NCBI GenBank assembly: GCA_045863235.1
Contig: BTUM01000002.1
Coordinates: forward strand, 96,001-160,000
Length of the DNA stretch: 64,000 nucleotides
Direction of reading: 5' to 3'
From: Candidatus Xenobia bacterium
Lineage (GTDB): Bacteria; Vulcanimicrobiota; Xenobia; Xenobiales; QWHO01
Part shown: one piece after another, positions 1 to 7,284 of the stretch
Position numbering within the stretch: position 1 is the stretch's first letter
How the letters are laid out: every line of letters begins with the position of its first letter
Position numbers and translations under genes: made by a program
Notes under the pieces: generated by a model
Databases searched by the model: none
Told to the model about the DNA's origin: nothing
The model's input: only the letters and a program-made list of their open reading frames with translations

Positions 1-1
1 G

Positions 2-442
2 GTCACCAGCGACCTGACCAATGAAGAGATGTGGAATCTGATCCACCTGGGCTACATGCCCATCCAACTGGTGCTCGGAGTATCAGTCTACTCGCTGGGT
101 CTGGCCGGCGGAATCATGGCCGCCTTCAAGTCCCTGGTCAGGGGAGAGATCTCCGAGCTCACCACCATGATCTACGATGCTCGCGAGAATGCCGTGGCCC
201 GGGTAGCGCGAGATGCGGCCGCCTGCGGAGCCGACGACGTGGTGGGCTTGAAGACCTACGTCTACCAGCTGGGGGGCGGAATCATCGAGCTGATGGTGCT
301 GGGCACAGCCGTCAAGAAGATGGAGGGGATCAAGACCCTCAATGACTCGCTACCCCCTCAGGCCATCATCAAGGACAAGGACACCTTCTTCAACGCCTCG
401 GTGCTGAGCACGGCCAGCAACCTGAACCAGGGCACCGGCTGA
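2..442 (+). CDS. YbjQ/UPF0145-family (heavy-metal-binding-like) protein, 5'-truncated by window edge
   Basis: Frame is open from base 2 (VTSDLTNEEMW...). GEISELTTMIYDARENAVAR...GADDVVG...VLGTAVK fits the YbjQ pattern. Confidence 0.7.
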   Translation, partial: VTSDLTNEEMWNLIHLGYMPIQLVLGVSVYSLGLAGGIMAAFKSLVRGEISELTTMIYDARENAVARVARDAAACGADDVVGLKTYVYQLGGGIIELMVLGTAVKKMEGIKTLNDSLPPQAIIKDKDTFFNASVLSTASNLNQGTG

Positions 443-1510
443 TCACTCATACATCCACAGGCAGCCCTGCTTGAGCAAGGCGAGCACACGGCGATAGAGC
501 TCGTCATGAACCACCTCGAAGCCGCTCACGTCGAGGTTGAGGTCTTGAGCGCTCACCACGGCGATCAGGCCGTTTCGCTCCAGGACGTTGCGCTCGATCG
601 AGATCACCACCCCGTGGCGCACCCAGTGCAGCTCGGAATGGGACTTGCCGGTCATGGTCAAGATGGCGTGACAGGCCAGCAAGGGCTCTCCTTGAGCCGA
701 CCAGGGGGTGAGGTGGAGAGGGGGGTCACCTGGCTCGGCTGGAGGATCGGCCAGCAAGCCCTCCATCACCTGGTAGCGCCGCAGTCGGCAACGGCTGCGG
801 CGAGGAACGGCCAGCAGGCCGGGAGCGGCCTGGGGGGCGACCAGATACCACTCGGCCCGGCCCAAAGGCGCCGGACAGGCGCCCAGATCCCAGTAGCCGG
901 GTCGGAAGTCGGCGCTTTGCGAGCGCCCGAAGTAGGGACGATTGACCAGGTTGCCGTTGAGCGTGATGGGGATGCCGGCGAAAGCCAACCGACTCACGTC
1001 CAGCCCGGCCAGCGCTCCCGGTCCGAGGTCGATGCGGGTTAATGGCTGCAGGTTGTCCATGGGTTGGGTATCGGCCAGCAACTGGCCGTTCTCGAGCCGA
1101 AAGCGCAACCCCTCGGGAGACCGGCCCGACAACACTTCCAGGCTGCGACCCGTCTCGGCCACGGCGTTGAAGCCCATGGAGAAGCGCCGCAGGTAAGGCT
1201 CGCAGGACTCGAGCGGGTGCATCAGCACCCGGGCCAGGCGATCGGGCTCCACCTCGCTGAGCGGGGTGCCGTCGTGGGTGAGCTGATAGGAGGTTCGAAA
1301 CAGCTTGCGCCTCTGGCGCAGCTCGACCCGGGTGGCTCCTCCCACCACCCCGGACTGGACCAGGCAGAGCATGCTCTGGGAAGGGTCGCTCAGGGCAAAC
1401 CGGGCCAGCTTGTGGCGCGCGCTGAGAAAATCGAGACTGAACTGACCTTGAGAATCCAGGCTGCCTTCCTGGCGCAGACTGGTCAATAGATCCTGCAACT
1501 CGGTTTCCAC
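443..1510 (-). CDS. Hypothetical protein with a possible degenerate GHKL/Hsp90-like N-terminal domain
   Basis: 355 aa ORF. GQFSLD...KLARFALSDP...LCLVQSGVVGGATRV...THDG resembles the Hsp90/GHKL N-terminal layout. Confidence 0.5.
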   Translation of the reverse strand: METELQDLLTSLRQEGSLDSQGQFSLDFLSARHKLARFALSDPSQSMLCLVQSGVVGGATRVELRQRRKLFRTSYQLTHDGTPLSEVEPDRLARVLMHPLESCEPYLRRFSMGFNAVAETGRSLEVLSGRSPEGLRFRLENGQLLADTQPMDNLQPLTRIDLGPGALAGLDVSRLAFAGIPITLNGNLVNRPYFGRSQSADFRPGYWDLGACPAPLGRAEWYLVAPQAAPGLLAVPRRSRCRLRRYQVMEGLLADPPAEPGDPPLHLTPWSAQGEPLLACHAILTMTGKSHSELHWVRHGVVISIERNVLERNGLIAVVSAQDLNLDVSGFEVVHDELYRRVLALLKQGCLWMYE

Positions 1511-1682
1511 CGGCCACAGGTTCGCCGAGGCTCCGGCTTTCCCCGGTCAAACCGAAACAGTTTACAAGAATGTTGCGGGCGTGAACAGTTTGTAAACTTC
1601 CATGCCCCCCCTTGACCACATGGAAGAGGTCCGTGATAAACCCCACAGAAGTTGCGCCTGATAACTGGAGGAGGATTCGAAA

Positions 1683-2723
1683 ATGCCACTGCCCGCAATC
1701 GCTGGAGGACTTCTTATCGGTGGGCTCGTCGCCCTGTTCAGCGGCAAGGACAAGAGCCAGGAATCACAGTACTGTCAACATGCGGGTCAGGGCTCCAACC
1801 ACCTGCTGGGAACCCTGGGCGGTGGAGCTGCCGGCGCGGTGCTCGGCTCGATGGTCTGCCCCGGGCTTGGCACCGTCATCGGCGGCGTGCTCGGCGCGCT
1901 GTTCGGCCGCGAGGTCTCCAAGCAGTTCTCGCAGGACCAGTGCTGCCCGCAGCCTCAGCATGGCAACTATCCTCCTCCCGGCCAGGGCTGCTGGGGTCCC
2001 CAGGTTCCTCAGGGCAACTGGTGCAACCCGGGCTACCCGCAGTACGGTGGACCGCAGTTCGGTGGCTTCCCTCAGACCGGTGGCTACTGCTGCCCACCCC
2101 AGCCCCAGTATTGTCAGCCCCAGCAGTGCTGCCCGCCTCAAAATTGCTGCCCGCCTCAGCAGGGCCAGCAGGATATCAACTGGGGCGGCACGCTCCAGCA
2201 GGACTGCAAGGGCAAGCCGGCCACCTATACCACCAGCGGTGGCTACAACATCACCATGAACGGTGACCGCGTCTCGATCACCGACTGCGAGGGCAACAAG
2301 GTCGAGCATTGGGGCGACCCCCACGAGAACGTCAACGGCAAGCACGTGAAGGACTGGAACGAGAAGACCCGCACCCTGATCCTGGCCGATGGCACCAAGG
2401 TCACCATGAACGCGACCGGCCCTCAGGGGGTTACCGAGAGCACCAGCATCTACGATGGCGCCCAGAACATCCAGTTCAACAACAAGACCAATACCGTCGA
2501 GCACCGCTCCTTCGACCCGTGGGATACGGCCGGCCGCGAGCGCACCCAGGCCGACGGCGAGACCTCCTATATGGGGTACGCCCGCAACGGCGACCTGATC
2601 TACCGCAACATCTACACCCAGAAGGACAATCTCCAGGTGATTCCGAGCTTCCAGGACCTGGCTCGCGTGCACAACGGACAGGTGACCGACCTGTTCGACG
2701 ACCCGCGCCTCGGCCACACCTAA
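1683..2723 (+). CDS. Glycine-zipper, Cys/Pro/Gln-rich protein with a C-terminal WGDPH (DUF1521-like) domain
   Basis: Strong RBS GGAGGAGG, hydrophobic Gly-zipper N-terminus, CCPPQ repeats, HWGDPHE motif, followed by a terminator. Confidence 0.7.
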   Translation: MPLPAIAGGLLIGGLVALFSGKDKSQESQYCQHAGQGSNHLLGTLGGGAAGAVLGSMVCPGLGTVIGGVLGALFGREVSKQFSQDQCCPQPQHGNYPPPGQGCWGPQVPQGNWCNPGYPQYGGPQFGGFPQTGGYCCPPQPQYCQPQQCCPPQNCCPPQQGQQDINWGGTLQQDCKGKPATYTTSGGYNITMNGDRVSITDCEGNKVEHWGDPHENVNGKHVKDWNEKTRTLILADGTKVTMNATGPQGVTESTSIYDGAQNIQFNNKTNTVEHRSFDPWDTAGRERTQADGETSYMGYARNGDLIYRNIYTQKDNLQVIPSFQDLARVHNGQVTDLFDDPRLGHT

Positions 2724-2743
2724 ACTGGCCCGGGAGCCTGCTC

Positions 2744-2777
2744 GAGCCGCCCCTCGCGGGCGGCTCTTTTGTTTGTT
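2744..2777 (+). terminator. Rho-independent terminator
   Basis: GAGCCGCCC-ctcgc-GGGCGGCTC followed by TTTTGTTTGTT, just after the stop at 2723. Confidence 0.85.
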
Positions 2778-2871
2778 CGCCAGGCATGATCAGGCCTACC
2801 CGCTCCCCAACAAAGGAACGAGCCAGGGGCTCTTGAAAGTGAGGGGCAAATTTTTGTTCTTGGGAGTGGTG

Positions 2872-4497
2872 ATGACGCAAGGAACCCAACAAAAGGCACT
2901 GGTCATGCTGGTCTCCGAGGTCATTGAGGGCAAGGCCAATCCGGCCGAGCTCGAGGTGGCGCTGGTCATCGCCAGGCAGGGCCTCGAATCCATGCAAGAG
3001 GAGTGGGAGGAGACCGTTGACAACCTCCCTCCCGAGGCCCAGGAGAAGTGCGAGGATATCATCGAGCAGATCCACACGACTTTCGGCCTGTTCAAGCACG
3101 GGCTCGATCTTCTGGGCGTGGCCGTGGACAATCGCCGGACGGAGGAGCTCTTTCAGGGCGGAGAGCTGGTGCGCCGCTGCTCTCATCAGCTCGACGTGCA
3201 GTTCTCGATGTATCGCAACCTGGCGCTCCTGGCCCAGGGACCGACCGACATTCCCAGCTTGAATCTGCTGATCAGAACCCTGGAGCAAGTCCGCTCCAAC
3301 CAGACCCAGATGCAGACGTTCCTGAGCGTTGTGAACGCCGAGCGTCTGACCACGCTCAAAGCCCTCGACGACCTGGCCGGAGCTCCCGAAGAAGGCGAGT
3401 ACGGGGCCGTGCGACGAGCCTTCGACGACCACCTTCGCTGCATGAACCGGCTGGCCAGGGCCATCGAGGCAAACGACGACTACCTGGTGGACGAGGAGAT
3501 GAAGAAGGCCGAGAAGACCTTCCGCTACCTGCAGGAGTTGATCCCGCTTGCCAGTTTGCGGGCCCGGACCTCCGGTCCCACCAAGTCCCAGCTGGTCAAC
3601 CTGGTCATCCACATGGCCTACGACGTCGCTCAGGGCGCCTGCCACCAGGATCTGCTGGCGGAGCACCTGGAGAGGCTCAAGAAGGACATTCTTCCCCTGG
3701 CCACGGCGGTCAAAGCGGCCGCCCCGGTGGCCTCGGTCATGATGCAGCAGGAGGCGACCCGGGCTGTGGCAGCCCTGAAGGGCTACGAGGAGGCCATCCT
3801 GGGCTTCGAGCAGTTCTTCGAGACCCGCGATGTGCTGCTGCTGCAGGCGGCCTCGAACCGGTTGCGAGAGTCGGCCGACGAGTTGCACGCCTGCTGGGAG
3901 ACGCTGCAGAATCTGGCCGACCGGGAAGGCAAAGTCTGTTGTTTGCGCTGCAACTTCTACAACTCCCCCGATCGGCGCAACTGCGCCAAGTGCGGTGGAG
4001 CACTCCCCATCCTGGTGGAGAAGTCCGTGTCCACCTCGACCTTCTCGGTGGAATCCGAGGGGGTGCGGCCGGCGGCCGAGGAGCCCGTTTCCAGCTCCAA
4101 CCTCGAGCGGATGTACAAAGCGGTCGATGCCATCCGGACCAAGAGCATCTCCAAGGACGAGTTCGAGTCCGAGCTGACCTGGTTCGAGGGACTGATCGAC
4201 CAGCAGGAGAAGTCGGTGGGTCAGGCTCCGGAGACGAACCTGGAGGGTCTTTCCGACGAGGAGCGCGAGGAGGCGGTCAAGCGGGCCGAGCTGGTGCGCG
4301 AAACCGAGCAAGCCTTCCAGGGCGGAATTCAAGACTGGCGGGAGGCCATCCAGGAGTGGCGCAACTACCTCGACACGGGCCAGCGCGAGCTGCGCTTGCT
4401 CGAGCACGGCAAGGAGCTCTGTGACCAGGGAGCCCGCAAGCTGCTGAGCCTGGCTCTGGCTTCTCAGGCCGCTGCCGGCGCAGGAGAATCGAATTGA
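2872..4497 (+). CDS. Helical-repeat hypothetical protein with an internal zinc ribbon
   Basis: Long ORF with high-GC codon bias and CLRC...CAKC zinc ribbon. Start placed at ATG 2872 after GGGAG. Confidence 0.7.
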   Translation: MTQGTQQKALVMLVSEVIEGKANPAELEVALVIARQGLESMQEEWEETVDNLPPEAQEKCEDIIEQIHTTFGLFKHGLDLLGVAVDNRRTEELFQGGELVRRCSHQLDVQFSMYRNLALLAQGPTDIPSLNLLIRTLEQVRSNQTQMQTFLSVVNAERLTTLKALDDLAGAPEEGEYGAVRRAFDDHLRCMNRLARAIEANDDYLVDEEMKKAEKTFRYLQELIPLASLRARTSGPTKSQLVNLVIHMAYDVAQGACHQDLLAEHLERLKKDILPLATAVKAAAPVASVMMQQEATRAVAALKGYEEAILGFEQFFETRDVLLLQAASNRLRESADELHACWETLQNLADREGKVCCLRCNFYNSPDRRNCAKCGGALPILVEKSVSTSTFSVESEGVRPAAEEPVSSSNLERMYKAVDAIRTKSISKDEFESELTWFEGLIDQQEKSVGQAPETNLEGLSDEEREEAVKRAELVRETEQAFQGGIQDWREAIQEWRNYLDTGQRELRLLEHGKELCDQGARKLLSLALASQAAAGAGESN

Positions 4498-4691
4498 AAC
4501 GCTGGCTGCATCGAGTGCTGACGGTCGTCAACCAGGAGGACCCGGGCTCCTGGCCTTCGGACTTCGAGCTGCAGGCCGCTCTCAATCACGCGGGCGACGA
4601 AGGCTTTGGCATCGACTCGGTGGAGTACCTGCAGTTGAGTGAGGAGACAGTCGGGGTTCAGGTCGTGATGTCTCGGATCGCCAAAAAGTGA
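4494..4691 (+). CDS. Small DUF4177-like protein
   Basis: Overlaps both neighbours by 4 nt. MKRW...LQAALNHAGDEGF resembles DUF4177 (LN.LG.EGWE). Confidence 0.55.
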   Translation: MKRWLHRVLTVVNQEDPGSWPSDFELQAALNHAGDEGFGIDSVEYLQLSEETVGVQVVMSRIAKK

Positions 4692-5722
4692 AGCTACGCC
4701 TGCTCCTTGTCTTTGTCCTGAGTGCTCTTGTCCTGGCCCAGAGCGCTCTGGACGGGATTCTGGTCCAGATGCTGAACGCCAAGAGCGAGCAGTGGGATGT
4801 CATCCTCACCCGCAACAAGGCCGCCCTCAATCGCGAAGAGGTCGTGCCAGCCATCCGCCAGGCAATGCAGCTCGCTGTCAAGGGCCGTGACAAGGAAGCC
4901 GGCGACCTGCTGCGAGCCATCGACCACGCCGACTGGTTCTTGACCGAGAAGAAGGAGTATCGGGCCCTGGGCCAGCTGACGCTGGCCACCTACTATATCC
5001 AGCAGGGCGTCCCGGCCAAAGCGGGCCCGGTGGTCGACTGGCTGATCGAGACCCATCCAGACCTTTCCGACGCCTTCATCTTGCAGGGTCATCTCTATAT
5101 GGAGAGCGATCCCAACAGGGCCATCGCCATGTTCTTGAAAGCCGCCGAGTTGACTCCCACCTCGGAAGGAGCCTACCTGGGCCTTGGCCAGGCCTATTTT
5201 CTGGTGACCCGCAAGGCGGACGCCATCAAGGCCTACAAGAAGGTCCTGGAGCTGAACCCGGATAACCCCACCGCCAAGGACGCCATTCGTTACCTGCAAG
5301 ACCCCAACGCGGGCAAGATCACGGCCGCCACGGCCGCGGCCGGCCAGCACTTCCAGAGGGCCGAGGAGTTGTTCGCCCGGGGCAAGTACCTCGAGGCCAT
5401 CAAGGAGTATGACCTGGCCATCAAGGCCGACGTTCGCTTCTCCAAAGCCTGGGTCTACAAAGGCGATGCCTACCTGCAGCTAGGCCAGCTCGAGCGGGCC
5501 ATCACCTGTTATCGCCAGGCCATCAAGTTCGACGGCCGGGACAAGCAGGCATACCGCTTCCTGGGTGCGGCCCTGGAGCGCAAGTTCGCCGAGCTCTCCA
5601 AGGACCCCAAGGACCTCGAGGAGGCGATCAGCTCTTACCAGAAAGCCCTCGAGCTCGACCCCGAATACGCCTCAGCCCAGCAAGATCTGGCCCGAGCACT
5701 CAAGCTGCGCGATCAAAAGTAG
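4688..5722 (+). CDS. Secreted tetratricopeptide repeat protein
   Basis: Signal peptide MKLRLLLVFVLSALVLA and several TPRs (AYLGLGQAY...AIKAYKKVLELNP; AWVYKGDAY...). Confidence 0.85.
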   Translation: MKLRLLLVFVLSALVLAQSALDGILVQMLNAKSEQWDVILTRNKAALNREEVVPAIRQAMQLAVKGRDKEAGDLLRAIDHADWFLTEKKEYRALGQLTLATYYIQQGVPAKAGPVVDWLIETHPDLSDAFILQGHLYMESDPNRAIAMFLKAAELTPTSEGAYLGLGQAYFLVTRKADAIKAYKKVLELNPDNPTAKDAIRYLQDPNAGKITAATAAAGQHFQRAEELFARGKYLEAIKEYDLAIKADVRFSKAWVYKGDAYLQLGQLERAITCYRQAIKFDGRDKQAYRFLGAALERKFAELSKDPKDLEEAISSYQKALELDPEYASAQQDLARALKLRDQK

Positions 5723-7107
5723 TCGACCTCGACCACTTTCAGCTTGAGCCGGCCCACCAGGTTGATCCAGGCCAGATCGCGGGGGTCATTGTTGAGCTTG
5801 ATGTGGGTGCCATCCACGGGAAGCTCGTCCCAGGTCGGGTCCACGCTGACCCAGTGGTGAGCGTCGTGGAACTCGGCCCAGGCGTGCCAGGCGAACCCCC
5901 CGTCCCGGGCGTAGGCCAGACCTCCCACCTCGCGGGCCGGAATGCCCGCCGCCCTGAGGAGTGCGACCAGGAGCAGGGAGTGCTCGGTGCAGTCGCCGGC
6001 CCGGTTGTGCAGCACGTCATGAGCCGTGAATGCGTTGCTAGCTCCCGTCTTCTCCAGCCGGTGGAACACCCACGACTTGAGGCGCTCAGCCTGCTCACGG
6101 GGCTCCGAGCCGCGCCCGTGTCGCCTGGCCAGCTCTCGCATCTTCGAATCGACCTGAATCTCGGGGGTGGAAGCGAGGTAGCGTGTGCGCTCGTCGGCTG
6201 TCAGCGATCGGCCCATGTCGGTGGGTAAGTCCTCGCCGGTCACCAGCAGCAAGCGCTGATCCTCGCGCCGAAGGCGCTGACGGTGCGACTCGGGCAGGGG
6301 GAAGTCGTCCAGGCCTTCCACCTCCATCGTCAGGCCCCGTACCGTGCGGGCCTCGCCCAGCTCGCGGCCACCCTGCACCATCATCAAGTCCAGCATCTCT
6401 CGCGGGGGATCGAGCTGGCGGGCTTGAGCTTCCCCCTCGGCCCGCAGCTCCACTCCCGTGCCGATGCTGACGCGCTCGGCCGAACCATCGGGACGGGCCA
6501 GCATCTCTCCCCGGGCGCCCTGCTGGGTCAACTGCAGCAGGAAAAACGGGGGCTGGCTCTCTCGAAACGTCAGGCGAGTCTCGCTGTCGCACTCCTGGGC
6601 ACTCCAGTCGCAGGACCAGTCGGAGAACTGATCTCCGGGCCGAGCACCAGCCAGCCACCGTTCCAACCTCTGGCTTTCGGCCAGGTTGTCGCGCACCTCT
6701 TCAATGGTACGAATGGTCTCGCCCGCCGGGCTGTAACGCTCGATCCGCAATCCGTCGGCGCGGCGCTGCACCTGAATGGTGCTTTCCTGGCCGTCCTCGA
6801 GAGACCACTCCTGGCAGGCCAGGACGGGTCCCTCCCCCGTCAGGGCGTAATAGGTGACGCTCTTGCCGTGACTGACGGTGCGCTCGCCCATCATGAGCAT
6901 CTCGGTCCAGTCTTCCTCCGAGGACACGGCCACCGGCTGGCCCAGATAGTTGCCCGGACGCGACTCGACCAGGCTCCACCCAACCTTCTGGCCCAGCATG
7001 TAGACCCCATAGGCCTGCCGCCCGGCCGTGCGCTGGACGAACTGAGCCAGCGACTCGGTCTCGGTCCCGGCCAGGGCGGCCGAGACCGTCAGGACGAGGG
7101 AGAGCAC
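5713..7107 (-). CDS. Secreted transglutaminase-like domain protein
   Basis: Catalytic triad motifs GDCTEHS, WHAWAE and VDPTW, plus an N-terminal signal-like segment. Start uncertain (ORF open to 7203). Confidence 0.85.
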   Translation of the reverse strand: MLSLVLTVSAALAGTETESLAQFVQRTAGRQAYGVYMLGQKVGWSLVESRPGNYLGQPVAVSSEEDWTEMLMMGERTVSHGKSVTYYALTGEGPVLACQEWSLEDGQESTIQVQRRADGLRIERYSPAGETIRTIEEVRDNLAESQRLERWLAGARPGDQFSDWSCDWSAQECDSETRLTFRESQPPFFLLQLTQQGARGEMLARPDGSAERVSIGTGVELRAEGEAQARQLDPPREMLDLMMVQGGRELGEARTVRGLTMEVEGLDDFPLPESHRQRLRREDQRLLLVTGEDLPTDMGRSLTADERTRYLASTPEIQVDSKMRELARRHGRGSEPREQAERLKSWVFHRLEKTGASNAFTAHDVLHNRAGDCTEHSLLLVALLRAAGIPAREVGGLAYARDGGFAWHAWAEFHDAHHWVSVDPTWDELPVDGTHIKLNNDPRDLAWINLVGRLKLKVVEVDYF

Positions 7108-7284
7108 GACCGCTTCCCCATACCCCCCTGGCACGATTGCCCAACGGGGAGTCTGGCGGGGTTCGGTCCGAGACCACAGTGAGGTTTGTGGCCAGCGCAG
7201 CACCCGATCCTCTTCCCCAGGACCTGGTGGAAGCCTGCGCCGAAGACGACATTACCTGTCGTTCGACCCGGCTACACTCGACTC

